DNA from: Leucoraja erinacea
Taxonomy: Eukaryota
Assembly (NCBI RefSeq): GCF_028641065.1
Contig: NC_073408.1
Coordinates: forward strand, 12,462,001-12,526,000
Direction of reading: 5' to 3'
DNA length: 64,000 nt
Shown here one piece after another: positions 12,007-25,427 of the stretch. Position numbers and translations under genes: made by a program. Position 1 is the first letter of the stretch; each line of letters begins with the position of its first letter. The notes below the pieces were generated by a model, which saw nothing but the letters and a program-made list of their open reading frames with translations, was not told the origin of the DNA and searched no databases.

Positions 12007-12301
12007 AGGCCCTGTCACACGATGCGAGCTTACCCAAGAGCTCGCCCCAAGTTAAAAAAAAATCAAACTTGTGGTAAGTACGTAGAATGTACGTAGCGGG
12101 TACGTCGGAGGTCGTGGATGCCTCGTAGCGGCTCGTAATGCTAACGGCAGGTACTCGGGAAACGCGGAAACTCGTGAAGTTTTTTCAACAGTGTAGAAAA
12201 TTTCCAAGAATAAAAAAATACTCGTGATGAAGCACCACGGGTTTGATTTTTTTAAAACTCGGGAGCGCTCTTGGGTAAACTCGCATTGTGGGACAGGGGC
12301 T
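12007..12301. mobile_element. MITE with long imperfect TIRs, TTAA-flanked
   Basis: ttaa|AGGCCCTGTCACAC..GCGAGCTTACCCAAGAGC ... GCTCTTGGGTAAACTCGCATTGTGGGACAGGGGCT|ttaa. Superfamily (Kolobok or Harbinger-like) unresolved. Confidence 0.75.
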
Positions 12302-12305
12302 TTAA

Positions 12306-12610
12306 GGGGCTGTCCCACTGTACGAGCTAATTCAAGAGCTCTCCCGAGTTTAAAAAAATAATTAATTTGTGATAAGAACGTAGAATGTACGTAGCGGGTA
12401 CGTCGGAGCTCGGGACGTCTCTTAGCGGCTCGTAACGCTAACGGCAGGTGCTCGGGAAACTCGGTAAGCTCGTGAAGATTTTTCAACATGTTGAAAAATG
12501 TCCACGAGAGCCCCGAGTACCTACGAGCGGCTATTGCAGTAATTCTCCGAGTTCTAATCAGGGGAAACTCGGGACAACTCTTGAATTAGCTCGTACAGTG
12601 GGACAGCCCC
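12306..12610. mobile_element. Related MITE, directly abutting the previous copy
   Basis: TIR GGGGCTGTCCCACTGTACGAGCTAATTCAAGAG / CTCTTGAATTAGCTCGTACAGTGGGACAGCCCC; flanks ttaa and ttga. Shares the internal core gtagaatgtacgtagcgggtacgtcggag with 12007-12301. Confidence 0.8.
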
Positions 12611-15142
12611 TTGAGTTTTAAGTTTAGTTTACAAATACAGCAAGGAATGCAAATGCAATACCAGGACACACAAAAGCTGCCACCATCAATCTTTCACAGT
12701 CTGAAATGCCCATCACAGAAGATGGAAAATATTTTACAGATTTTTCCTTTATCTCTGGACTTTGAAACCATAGTGATACAACTAAACTAGTCTCTGAATA
12801 CAGACATTGATTGCATCAAGGTTATATGGGCACACATGAAACTATATGCAACGTTCTGCACTGCCCCAATGAACCATGTCAATGAGTCTACTCTGCCAGA
12901 GATTACAGTGAATCGTCTACCTTCATTGCTGTCATCTCCAACTAAATGTTTTAATATAATTAACAAAAATGCATATGTTAATTGCATATGTTAATCCCGT
13001 AAAAACATGCCCTTCCTAACAGCAAGATAAACTGCTGCAATAATTTAATTGGTCAAGCAGCATCTGTGGAGGCAAAGAGATGGTCAACATTTAGGGTCAG
13101 GCCCTGCCTACATCAGGGCTGCCCTGACCTTTACAAGCCTGTTGTGCAACTGCAAGTAAGAATTTCAGGTTTCTGTTTCAGAACATATGATAATAAAACA
13201 CTCTTGACAGATGCTGCTTGTCCCATTGAGTTCTTCCTGCAGGTTATTTCTTGCTCCAGATTCCAGTGCAAGTAGTCTCTTGTCTCCCTTACTAACAGTA
13301 TGTGTTAAGCTGCTGGATGTGGGACTTGTGGGCTGTATTTATTCTGATTTATTCTTATACTAGCTGGTTGGAGTATCCAGGTGGACACAAAAAATTGGTT
13401 ATTAAACCTTAGGTCCTGAGTTGCAATGCAATAATATTATTGTCACATTTTACGTGACAAGTAGAAAAGGTGGCATCTTATCCCAGTTCTAAGCAGGATA
13501 AAGTTGAGGAAGAGACTGGTATCATGGATTGAATCAGGTTGATTTTATCATTGTGATGTAATGAGTAAGGGATCATACTGCAAAATATTGAAGCAAATTC
13601 CTGAAAATAGAAAGTATTTGGATGTTTGGGCTTCACAATAGAAATATATAGTGCACTCGGACTTGAACAGCCCTTTGTCTAGTTAGAGGCGTACTCTTCC
13701 ATATCAGGTAGCCTTAAGTTGGTTGTTGTCCTGAATGGTAAACCTTCTGTAGAAATTATACTACTGTTGGCATATTGCTTTAAAATATTAAAAAAACACT
13801 TGCTTTGTCCAAACAAGGTTAGTAGTGCATTATTCATAAATTCACATAAATTCAAAAGCCCAAGGTTTATGCAAATTTCACCACTGTGCAGCAGCATAGT
13901 AACCTTCTGAAACTTATGTCCATCTGCCACATCCATAAAAATGTGGTCTTGGGTCTGCACCCACCCCTCTCCAGCACATCATGTCTGTGATGGTAATTTT
14001 TCTAGATTAGCACTGACTTTCATATTGCAGCGAATTAGATTGAAAGATAATAGTGCAAATGAATTTATTTAAACTCAAACAGAGCACTATCAAGATAAAC
14101 ACAATTTCCATTTTTTCTTGATATATTATTCCACATAAACTGCCATTAAACCATACTACTATATCTATCCCTGTTAGTGTATTACTATAAGGATTGAAAG
14201 AATTCCTCATCTATTTCATGAAATTGGCAGTGAGAGGGAAATTCTAATTGGCCTATATTCAAATGATTGGTGCAAGGCAGAATGAGGAACCATGTCTAAA
14301 TTTAGGTCATGCCTTAATTATAACATTCTAAGGATTTGTAGTGCCAGTTAAGGCTTTGTGAGGCAGTTATCCACTTTTTCTTGGTTTGTGTGGGTATGGT
14401 AAGCAACAGAAGAGAAGAAGTGTAAATCCAAAATTTGATTTGTTTATATTGACATGAATGAATTGACTTTCACCAACAATATTTGAGTTCACTTGCAGTT
14501 TAGTCTTGGAGTTTTAGAAACAATGAATAATCCCAGTGAAAACAATCCTATAAAACAAATCCCTTCATATTCTTCACACAAATGGCAATGATTGCTAAAT
14601 ACTACCCACTTACGCACAATATTTATTCTTTGAAATCCTTAATTTCTCGAAGAATCTTTTCCACCTCCTCTAGGTAAACAGGGTCATATTTTAAGAAAAC
14701 ATTATGAACTCCCAGGTTTTCTGGATTATAAGTCCCTGTAGAGATACATCACGAATACAGCTCTCGTTAAACAATTACTTGCTCTTCTCAGCTAAAATGA
14801 AATGAGGTAGTTCAGGCCGGCTGCAGAACAGTACTGGGTTATGTAAGTCCTCCATTCCCAAGAACTAGCTGTAACCCAGAAATGTCCATTTTGCGTTGTA
14901 ATCCATTATCATATTGCTCTACACACACTTGGTACGACTCCTTCATTTCATGAGTAATCATCTTGCTGCCTATAATTAAACTAACGCATCCAGTAATTAA
15001 TATCACAAACCATTTAATTCTTATCACTAGCTTGAAAAATGCCGTAAAAAAGTATGGGAGAATTTGCAACGTTTGATTTCTGTAAATTATATTATCCGTA
15101 ACCCATGGAGTGCCCCGACTCAAAAAGTTATCTGTCTATTTA

Positions 15143-15431
15143 AAGGCAGCACAGTGACGCAGTGATAGTGTTGATGCCTTACAGCTCCAGAACCCAGGTT
15201 CAATCCTGATTATGGGTGTTGTTTGTAGACTTTGCATTGCTCTCCCTGTGACCATGTGGGTATTCGCCAGGTGCTCTGGTCCTTTCCCACATTCCAAAGA
15301 CGTGTAGATTTGTGCAGAGGTTAATTGGCTTCTGTAAATTGTCCCTAGTGTGTAGTATTGAACTAGTGTATGGATGATCATCGACTCGGTGGGCTGAAGG
15401 GTCTGCTGCCATGCTGTATCTCTGAACTAAA
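15143..15431 (+). mobile_element. tRNA-derived SINE
   Basis: ggcagcacagtgacgcag head, B-box ggttcaatcc, aactaaac tail. Confidence 0.75.
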
Positions 15432-16796
15432 CATTTCCTCCACATATACTGCCTGGCACACTGCGTTCCTCCAGCACTTCATGTTTTGCTCAAGTTTCCA
15501 ACATGTACATTTTTGTTTCAGTCATTTAGCCACTGGGCAACAATACCTCCTGGTGGCTGTTTCCAAAAATGCACCCAGATCTCATTCAGATGTTGCATCC
15601 GAAGATTAATCAAAGCGACCATTGGCCCTGCAGAAACAAGCCAGGTGAATTTGTGATGGAAAACAACATGGGAAATAAATGGAACATATTATTGTACAAG
15701 TCTTCACTAAAGACGACAATTAGCATCCCAGAAATAGGTGTGAAATAAGAGTGGGGAACTCAGGAAAATTAGTTACCAATTTAGCCGAGCAAATTTCCAA
15801 ACTGTGGGCTGATGTCTCCAGATCCTGAAGGTTTCACTAGAATCTAAAATGAAGTGGCAAAAGATGGTTGATGCATTGGTTTTAATTCCCATGCAAAAGC
15901 AGGAGATGCAACATATATCCTTCTATTGCCTTTATTTCCTGCTGTGCAGAGCTCAAATCGTTACTCAGGTAGACATGACTTGATCTCCATGTTTCCAATT
16001 TACAGTATTGAATTTGATGCTGATGAATTGGGGGAGATTACTTTGCAGAACATCTCCATTTTGTCCCAGAATTATATTACAATCCAATTGCCTATTTAAA
16101 TTATTCAAGCTAATCTGATCCAAGCAATTGTAGCCTCATACTCCTTCCAACAAAGCTCAATGCAAGATCAAGGGATCCTAATAATCAATGGTGTGGTTAT
16201 TCACTAGCTATTACCACCATACTTCAGCCAACATCACCGGACATTCCAACAAAGGTACACAAAAATGCTGGAGAAACTCAGCGGGTGCAGCAGCATCTGC
16301 AGTTCCTTCTTAAACACTTTGACATTCCAACAATCCTGGTTCCCACCCTATCAGGACTTTCTCTTGGCCTTTCTCTCCATACTTTCCATATCTATATTAC
16401 TAAATCTCTGTTCTTGACCGCATTTGGCACACTGTGCTGCGATTTCTGACAGAACGCCGCCACCTACGGCTGTCATTTTTGGCCACCTCATTCAGAGCCC
16501 CTCTCCGCCTTATGGGTGCGGAGGATTTTTCCCATCGATGAAAAATCAGAGAGATGTTAATGTTTTTTTAAAAATCACCATTCCCTCTGCTGCCCCTGCT
16601 GGAGGGAGGGGGAGGGACTATAAAGCCAGGAAGTGGTGTGCCTCACTTAGTCTCTGCAAGATGGATGAAGCCAAGGGTCACGTCTCTCTGAGCTCTGAAT
16701 AACACTGAACACATGTCTACACAACTGTGAGTACCCTTAATGTGGTTTGAAAATGAAAATATGGTTTGTTTGAAGTAAAAAGGCACTGCCAGCACA

Positions 16797-17110
16797 TGGT
16801 TGTTTGAGTGCTTTGGCTTGAAGTTGAAATACACTACTTACTGCAAATGGTGGCTTGGGAGCTTTGGTTTAAAGTTGAAAGGCACTACTTACTGCAAATG
16901 GTGGCTCGGGAGCTTTGGCTTGAAGTTGAAAGGCACTACTTACTGCAAATGGTGGCTTGAAGTTGAAAGGCACTACTTACTGCAAATGGTGGCTTGGGTG
17001 CTTTGGCTTGAAGTTGAAAGGCACTACTACTGCAAATGCACTTACTTCCTGCTTTACACTGAATATTGACTGTTTACTGCAAATGATGGCTTGGGAGCTT
17101 TGGCTTGAAG
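16797..17110. repeat. About 51-bp minisatellite inside Helitron copy 1
   Basis: Unit ggcttgaagttgaaaggcactacttactgcaaatggtggcttgggagcttt; reads as the peptide repeat KLKGTTYCKWWLGSFGL. Confidence 0.85.
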
Positions 17111-17617
17111 TTAAAAAAAATCACCATTCTCGCTGCTGCACCGGCTGGGGGGGGGGGGAGGGGGAGGGACTATAAAACCAGGAAGTGGTGTGCCTCACAC
17201 TCTCTGCAAGATGGATGAAGCCAAGGGTCACGTCTCTATGAGCTCTGAATTACACAACTGTGAGTACCTTAGTGTGTTTGAAAATGAAAATTGAAGTAAA
17301 AGGCACTCCTGTCAATGAAAGGCACCTACTTCAAAAGCTTTGGCTTGAAGTTAAAAGGCACTACTGCAAATTTTCCCTGTGGAGGGGGATTGGGTTAAGA
17401 TAAAAACCTACGGAAGTGATTTTTGGCCATGTGGCTCAGTCCTCTCCATGATGGTCATGACTGTCAATGAGCTGTGAAAAAACTGAGAATCACACTGTCA
17501 ATGCCTACACACTTTTCCAGAACTGCGGGTTTTGGGTGTGGGTGTGGTCAGTTTTATGATGGTGGACTCTGTTCAGCTGTGAATCAATGAAACATGAATG
17601 TCTGCTGAAGCTGCATT

Positions 17618-17960
17618 TGGAATTTGGTGGCCTTCGTTTCACCCTGCTTGAAGTGGAATTAAACTGCACTTGGATTTGGCAGCCTTGCATCCTGCTTGAA
17701 GTGGTATGAAACTGCACTGAATTTGGTGGCCTTGCACCCTGCTGAAAGTGGTATGAAACTGCACTTGAATTTGGTGGCCTTGCACCCTGCTTAAAGTGGT
17801 TGGAAACTGCACTTGAATTCGGTGGCCTTTGCTTGTAGTTGCACCCTGCTCATAGTGGTAAGAAACTGCACTTGAATTTGGTGGCCTTGCACCCTGCTTG
17901 AAATGGTAGGAACATGGATTTGAATTTGGTGGCATTGCACCCTGCTTGAAATGGAATTTC
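17618..17960. repeat. About 48-bp minisatellite inside Helitron copy 1
   Basis: Unit gaatttggtggccttgcaccctgcttgaagtggtatgaaactgcactt. Confidence 0.85.
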
Positions 17961-19769
17961 AAGGAATAGTCATGAGTCAACTGCCAGCCCACCAGCCGTA
18001 AGTTAGCTGCCAGCAGATCAGGCTTGAGGGACTGAGCTGCCACCCCAAGAACCCATACCAGCACTCCAGAAAGCACTGGCCACCAATACTGGAATTGGTG
18101 GAGAGGTGGAATATTGCGTTGGGGGACCAGCCCACCCATGTGAACATGGGACCCAACGGGTCCCACTTAGTCCAGTTCTATATTAAAATCTGCACCTAAT
18201 GTTTCGCAAGTTCTGAGATGCCCAGTGTTTTTACAAACAGATCCTAATTTCCACCATTTTATTTATTTCAGATTCCAGCATCAAAGCTAAACTTTGCATT
18301 GGCTTATTGCAAAGGGAGTATTTTAATCTACAGCAATGGATCATAACTTGTATGAATAAAGATCCATAATTACATAATATATGGGACTATTTATACTTGA
18401 TTGGGATAAATAGCTATACTATCCAGCTACCCCGGCATGACTGCTGATATCTTACGAAAGCAACAACTCTTTCCCTCGTGCCAGAGGATGTCATTTAGAA
18501 ATATTGCATTTAGCAGGAAGGCAAGGATACCCTTAGCATTAAATATATTGCCAGGTCACACCATGGCTTCCACTGTTTAGTACCCTTGACCTCAGTACTT
18601 CTTAGTGAAATAGATATTACCTGGAAATTGCTATCCCCAACATTCATTCATATTTGCCAGCAGATTAAACTAGTGAGGAAATTGAAAGCCAAGTGTACAG
18701 CCTTCACCCAATCACTACAAATTGACAAATAGTTCAAACTTTTGAAATTTTAGTTGCCACTTGGTATATTGGTATCATTCAGCAGTTTGTTTTGTAAAGT
18801 ATACAGCCCAAATTCCACATCAATAAACAATGTGGATTAGAAGGCAGATAGTGGATGACATTTAAATTTGGCACATTATTAAAATTCAGAATGCAAATGA
18901 TTGTGATGAAGAATATCATTGACAGTTTATAACTGCCTGAACATCAAGTCAGTTCTTGGATTGTCATAATAGATTAAAATTCACACAATTTCAGCATTAG
19001 CAAGAGATACAGCCTTGGGGGGAAAAATAATGCGATCCCATTAAAAGCTACAAGCAGAAAATTCATTGTGCAGGGCATGAAGCATTCTTAAGATTTCTCA
19101 GCTATGTGTAATTATTAACATCAAGATTCAGATGTAGATTAGCTTTCCTCTCATTCACAAATAAGCAAAAACAAATGGTCTACTGCTAATGCATTTACAA
19201 AGTGAAGAATGTCAAATGGTTCCGATCTTAATGATCCATTTAAAACATTGGCCATCCTCAGAAGTTATTGACTCATGACTGATAGGAAGAAGACCAAACA
19301 ATTGCAGCAGGATCTCTACACAGATTTATATTTAGAAAAAGTGACCGATTTGCATTAACATTTTTAACATTACCTACATTACAAAACAGCACCTTAAAGA
19401 GTCAAGAGTCATATGGCAGGGAAACGACATTCAGTCCATGTCATCTCTATTGACTAAGTTGCTCACCTGAGCTAGTTCCATTTTCTTGCATTTGGCACAT
19501 CAATCTCAAACCTTTTCTGTCTATGTACTTACTTAAAAGCATTTGTAACTGTGACATTGTAACTACGTGTCTCTACCACTTTACCTGGCAACTAGAATCA
19601 TGCTGCAACTCCCAGTTTGCCTCAAGCTGCCCATCGTTGTATGTAGTTGTAAGCTGTAATGCATTTGCATCTCTGTTCATAAACAAAAGTGATCAGCTCT
19701 TTGAATTACGAGATTCAGAGGCTTAGAGCCTGAAAAGTCCGACCCCATTTTATACGACTCGCTGGATTT

Positions 19770-20080
19770 TTAGTTTAGTTTAGAGATACAGCATGGAAAC
19801 AGGCCCTTCGGTCCACCGAGTCCGCACCGACCAGTGATCCCCACACATTAACACTATCCCACAAGTGACAAGAGTTTGCTCCTGACCTCGGGTGCTGCCA
19901 GTGTGGATTTTGGACGTTGGCCCTGTGTCCATGCGAGTTTCTTGCCCTCCAGGTAGGTTAATTTGCTGCTGTAAATTAAGAGTGCGTACAGAGTGGATAA
20001 AAAGTGGGATAACATAGAACTGTGTGAACGGATGCTCAAAGGTGGTGTTGACTCGGTGATCCAAGCTGTATCTCTAAGTA
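19770..20080. mobile_element. Rearranged SINE fragments in opposite orientations
   Basis: Minus-strand SINE tail ttagtttagagatacagcatggaaacaggccc, followed by a plus-strand SINE body. Confidence 0.6.
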
Positions 20081-20763
20081 CCAAGCAATCCAAATGGCAC
20101 CATCAACATCCCATCCAGGTCACTGAAATTCGACATTGCTCCATGCCAGTCTTTGTTAGTCACAGATTTGGAACAAAACTCTAAACTCAGGACCAGATTA
20201 TGAATTTATAAAACCAAACTAGGTTCCAGGCACTCATCAGCCCGCGTAAAAAATAAAAAAAACTTGCCTAACGCAGCTCCTTTTAATTTTGCCCCTCCCG
20301 CCTTCAAGCTATCCCCTCTAATATTTGATGTTTCCATCCTGGGGTAAAAAGGTTCTATCTACCTTGTCTATGCCTCTCATTATTCTACATTTTATATATT
20401 TTACATGGCGAAGAGCAACTTTGAAATTTTGAAACAGAAAATAGATCACTAGACAATAAATTGCAGCAGAAAATTAATGTTGAATATATTTTTATCTGGT
20501 GCGTGAAGAATAGCAATTGACATGACAATACATCTTCAATGAAAAGTAGATTCCAAAGTTGTCAGAACTGAAATTCAGATCACAAACATATCATTCTATT
20601 AAAATATTGCACATTTAAAAAGTTGAAAATATAGCTGTACAACAGCTAATTAAAATAAGTTCAACTAGGTACAACTTTTCTTTGTATTTACAATTCTGCA
20701 ATATTTTTCTGAGGTTACCTTCTTACATCATTCCAAAGAAAACAGGACAGTATTGAATAAACA

Positions 20764-20769
20764 TTTATT
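20764..20769 (-). terminator. Candidate RBM7 polyadenylation signal (3'UTR about 1.7 kb)
   Basis: AATAAA on the minus strand at the end of a repeat-free AU-rich stretch downstream of the stop. An alternative lies at 21872-21877. Confidence 0.4.
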
Positions 20770-22440
20770 TTAATACAAAAGCTGTTAGGATATAGAAGAG
20801 TAAAGCAGCCAACACTGCACTGGAAAAATTCTAGTCCTTTTGAAAACCTCAAGTTTTGCATTTCTCTCACCCATCCCCACCCTAAAGTTACATTAAAAAA
20901 ATTTCAATTAAAAATTGCCTAATTTAGTTTATAAAACATTTTTCATTACTCCAAAAATACAAATTTGTTCTTCATATGCAGCTACAAATCGGTACAAAGC
21001 AAAGTTGAATAGTTTGGAGAGCCCAGTTTTACGAGGAAAACAAATTAGAATATTTAACTGGAAGCAGTTAAAAATATTGACTGCGGAACAAAAAAACAAA
21101 TAAGCAATATAATTGGAAATCTGCGAACTCTACAATTATTCATTGTTACTAGAATTTACCTGCGCGAAAACTACTACTCACTCATCCCCACTCCAAACAG
21201 ATTAAACAGCGTCCTTTTATATTCTCAATACATACTGATAAAACAATTAGATGATTTGGAAGAAAAACAGCAACCATAATACAAGAATAGATGCCACTCC
21301 ATTGGATTAAGTATGGGGATCAATGCCTGGTATTAAATATTGTAAAAGAGAGTTGTAGACAAGTTGTAAAACAAAATTAGCAGTTACTTCTTTCCCGCAT
21401 TCCAAACTGCTAAATTAGATTCAATTTAGGAGTGAGCCAACTTCCTATGCAGGCTCAGATACTATCAAATTCAAAATCTCCTTTATAATTCTAAGTCTTC
21501 GCTAGAGTTGATCCTTTAAAAGCAGGTTCTCTGCAATTATTCAATATCCAAACCATTATCCTATTCTGAAGTAATTTTTATTGCAGATTGATGGCAGCTT
21601 GGAGAATTCCAATCTATCAAACACTGGTCATTGTGCCAAGGAAAACCCCCTTGTGACACAAGAATTAATTACAAATACAGTGGAATTCAATTGTTTTGAC
21701 TGGAAGTTCTAAGGTTCACGATAAGGACTGAACAGTTGCAGGCAGATCCTCCCTGCTGCCAGACTTTTAAAAAGATATCTACACACCATGATGTGCTGAG
21801 GTATATGTACAGGAGACAAGCAGAGCACCTGATACAGGTCAATTGTTAAAAGGATTGGGCACTGCTACTTATTTATTCAGAGGTTGGTCATTGCTCCCAA
21901 GATACATTAGAAGGTAAAATGGAAGATAATGCTGATTTATATAATCAATATAAAAAGTCCCGTTCTATTCTTTGCATTAGTAATCAAAACTATTGCTTTC
22001 ACGTTACAATTACATTTCTACTCACATGCAAGATACAAATCATTTACAAGTTATTTGCTCTGTTGTACATAATACTTTCATTAAAACTGCAAAGATAATT
22101 CCATAACGGGCGCACCATGCACTGCAAAACCAGAATCACTTAATGAGAGGGTAGGGGGGGAGGGGGGGAAAGGTCAGAGATAATTTAAGCAAAATGCAAT
22201 GTTATACAACTCTGTCACTCTCATCCCGAGCAATGTGCAGAACAAGTTTACAAGTACTACTGAAGCAGAAACTGGCACTGATGAAAAATTGATAATATGT
22301 AAACAGAAAGAGGAACTCAACTTGTACATATTAGAGAAAATAACTCATCTTTTTTTTTTTAAAACAATTTTGTTAAATTGCAATCAATTTCAAGAGAAAA
22401 ATTGAATTGGTTAACTCCCACCATCCAACACTGTGTCAGT

Positions 22441-22857
22441 TTACTGCCGATTTCCTCGCCATCTCCCACCTCTGGAGACCTCTCTTTGAGCATTATATTC
22501 ATGCTCCCAATTTCTGCTGTGATGAGAAGTTTGGTCTTGTCGGTACTCAGACTCACGGTTTCCCCGATAGTGCCAGTCGGGATTGTGATCTTGGAAGCGA
22601 GCCTCTCGTGGGTAATGACCGTTGTCAGACGGATAGGAACTATATGCTTGTTGCCTTTGGGTGCCGGATATTTTTTCTAAATTCCACGCTGTATGTGAAT
22701 TTGGATTGGCCAAATTCTGAGGTGCCATTTGCGAGCTTGAAGGCATTCCTCGATTTGTTTGCTGCTGGTTGGAACGATTATTGGTGCTTGGCTGTTGCAC
22801 AGAAGAACTGCAACTCTGTGGCCCTCCCCTGGCATGCTGCTGCCACATATTGTTTAC
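22441..22857 (-). CDS. RBM7: RBM7 coding exon 5 (last)
   Basis: Acceptor ttttactttcag|, phase 0. VNNMWQQ...DHNPDWHYRGNRE...SRGGRWRGNRQ* resembles the human C-terminus SRDGKWRSSRH. Confidence 0.9.
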   Translation of the reverse strand, partial: VNNMWQQHARGGPQSCSSSVQQPSTNNRSNQQQTNRGMPSSSQMAPQNLANPNSHTAWNLEKISGTQRQQAYSSYPSDNGHYPREARFQDHNPDWHYRGNRESEYRQDQTSHHSRNWEHEYNAQREVSRGGRWRGNRQ

Positions 22858-22927
22858 CTGAAAGTAAAATTAAAATAGTTTAAAACATGCATGGTGCTCA
22901 ATGAAATACAATAAACAGTAAAAGTGT

Positions 22928-23010
22928 AAAGAAGAGTCTCGACCCGAAACGTCACCCATTCCTTCCCTTCGGAATGCTGCCTGTCACGCAGAGTTACGCC
23001 AGCTTTTTTA
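22928..23010 (+). mobile_element. Truncated Penelope-derived repeat
   Basis: aagaagagtctcgacccgaaacgtcacccattcc; lacks the CTG of the hammerhead core. Confidence 0.6.
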
Positions 23011-23019
23011 CAAGATAAG

Positions 23020-23805
23020 ATAGACAATAGGTGCAGGAATAGGCCATTCGGCCCTTCGAGCCAGCACCGCCATTCAATGGGATCATGGCTGATCATCCCC
23101 AATCAGTACCCCATTCCTGCCTTCTCCCCCCTATCCCCTGACTCCGCTATTTTTAAGAGCCCCATGTAGCTCTCTCCTGAAAGCATCCCGAGAACCTGCC
23201 TCCACCGCCCTGTTAGGCAGAGAATTCCACAGACTTACCACTCTCTGTGAGAAAAAGTGTTTCCTCGTCTCTGTTCTAAATGGCTTACTCCTTATTCTTA
23301 AACTGTGGCCCCTAGTTCTGGACTCGCCCAACATCGGGAACATGTTTCCTGCCTCCAGCGTGTCCAAACCCTTAACAATCTTATATGTTTCAATGAGATC
23401 CCTTCTCATCTTTCTAAACTCCAGAGTGTACAAGCCCAGCTGCTCCATTCTCTCAGCATATGACAGTCCCGCCACCCCGGGAATTAACCTTGTAAACCTA
23501 CGCTGCACTCCCTCAATAGCAAGAATGTCCATCCTCAAATTAGGGGACCAAAACTGCACACAATACTCCAGGTGTGGTCTCACTAGGGCTCTGTACAACT
23601 GCAGAAGGACCTCTTTGCTCCTATATTCGATTCCACGTGTTATAAAGGCCAACGTGCCATGCGCTTTCTTCACTGCCTGCTGTACCTGCATGCTTACTTT
23701 CATTAGACTGATGTACAAGGACCCGCGGATCCCGTTGTACTTCCCCTTTTCCCAACTTCACGCCATTTAGATAGTAATCTGCCTTCCGGTTTTTGCTACC
23801 AAAAA
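23020..23805 (-). mobile_element. Young 5'-truncated CR1 LINE in RBM7 intron 4
   Basis: 195-aa open frame LYRALVRPHLEYCVQFWSP...FFSQRVVSLWNSLP; CR1 3' tail. Confidence 0.9.
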
Positions 23806-24596
23806 TTTACAAAATACATTTATTTGTCATTGGTACAGTGAAATGTGTGGTCGCCATACAGCCATTCAAATAATAGAGCACAGAACACGATCGTTTTTAA
23901 CACAGACATCCCCACAGCTGGATCAAAGTTTCACACTGTGAGAGAAGGCTCCAAAATTCAGTCATCCTCCTCCGTTGTCCTCCCATGGTCGGGGGGCTCA
24001 CGAACCCCCCGCAGTCGCGGCTACAGGCAGCCCGATGTTCAGGCCCGCTTGCTGGGGTGATGGAAGTCCGATGTCGGGACTGGAGGACATCGTCAGCGGC
24101 TTGGGCATCTGAAAATTGCCACTTCCTACCAGAGTCCGCGGCTCCCGAAAGCCACAGGGTGGCGATTCAACGCTGGCGGCCCTCGGCAAAGGGCCACAGG
24201 TGTCCGTGATATTGAAGTCAGAGCCGCCCGCGCTGCAGACCACAGCTCCGACGTCGATGCAGCAGGCCCAACACTCCGGAGCTCCAAAACAGCGATCCCA
24301 GGTAAGGCATCGCCCGCTCTGCGGTGAATCCAGCGCCGTGCCACCGCTGAAGCTCCGGTACTGGCCGCTCCAATCCAGGTGGTAGGTCACGAGGGGGGGG
24401 GGGGGGGGGGCGAGGATGCGTCTTGGAGAAATAGTCGCGTCCTCGCCAGGAAGTGGTTTCCCCCTTACCCTACCTCCCTACCCCACATAAAAAAAGTTAA
24501 AGAAACATAGTTTTAAAACTAACTAAAAATAAAAAAGATAGAAAAACAAACAGACTGTAGGCAGAGGCTGCCTTCAGTGCAGCGCACCTAGTGGCA
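23806..24596 (-). mobile_element. GC-rich non-autonomous retroelement
   Basis: CpG-rich body with a G-run; minus-strand 3' end atttcactgtaccaatgacaaataaa. Similar layout to 43125-43850. Confidence 0.6.
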
Positions 24597-25427
24597 TTTT
24601 TATGTCTATCTAAGGAAATTGAAATGCATCCCAGTGCCAATAGTGTGGCAAAGCAAGTAGAAAACAAAGGTCACACCACCAAATGCCAATGACCTGAGAG
24701 GCAAAGAATGATTGACTCAAACTGGATAAACATCCAAGGAGAAAGAGCAGAGGGGAGTTAACGATAGCCCTTTAAAAAAAAAAATTCCTGCACTCTGCAG
24801 AAAGAGCAGAGGGGAGAATTGAATAGCTCTTTAAAACAAACAGCACAGTAATGAAGGACAATATTGCCCTTTATCGGCACGATTCCGAATATAAAACCAT
24901 TCTAATTAAATAGGGGCAAAAGAACTTCCCATTATATTCAGTATACAGCAGTGAGCTACTTCATTACTCTCTCGACAGATGCAGCAAATGACAGCATTTG
25001 TTACACATGCTATATTTCAATCACAAAATTAAAACTAAATAGTTTGGTATTCATCTCAGGCCTGCCAAGGCCCACGCAAAAGACCGTTGAATTCAGCTCA
25101 CAAATTTGATTGCTATTAAAAGATAATCTGAAATTGAAGAAAACCACCAAATGCTTTCATCCCACAACTTGAATCCTTTTCAAATATCAATCAACATGCG
25201 CACTCACTTCTGCCCCAAACTTTACCACTTCAATAAGAAAACTGGATAAGAAGCACTGGAATTTGTTATTAGGACCGAGTATTCTTACTCTCATGTCCAC
25301 CATCCCTGCCCACCAGATCATAATTTCCACCAGAGGGCCACTGACACCTCCTCATTAAAAATATATTTTGAAAATGAAGTTTATTGCAGGATCAAGACAT
25401 ACTTTTCCACAAACATGATTCACTCAC

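Larger units (their letters stand above)
16391..18175 (+). mobile_element. Non-autonomous Helitron with internal minisatellites
   Basis: Inserted at A^T; 5' TCTATATTACTAAA; 3' hairpin TGGGACCC-AAC-GGGTCCCA (18147-18165), then CCAG (a CTAG variant) and T. No TSD. Confidence 0.8.

Noticed and set aside
12970-12995. Tandem tgcatatgttaat x2 as a POU-factor dimer site
   Set aside because: A short local duplication in AT-rich DNA with no supporting context.
13679-13960. 93-aa minus-strand ORF as an exon of an unknown gene
   Set aside because: No recognisable homology and no convincing partner exons.
16797-17960. Regular repeats as a CRISPR array or a repeat-protein gene
   Set aside because: Units are head-to-tail with no unique spacers, in a vertebrate genome. 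The repeat ORFs arise only because unit lengths are multiples of 3 inside a Helitron.
22851-22862. AG|GT at RBM7 exon 5 (and exon 3) as recursive splice sites
   Set aside because: Introns are short and AG|GT is simply the common acceptor consensus; the exons are coding and in phase.
22378-22883. Plus-strand ORFs of 100 and 158 aa
   Set aside because: Antisense shadows of RBM7 exon 5.
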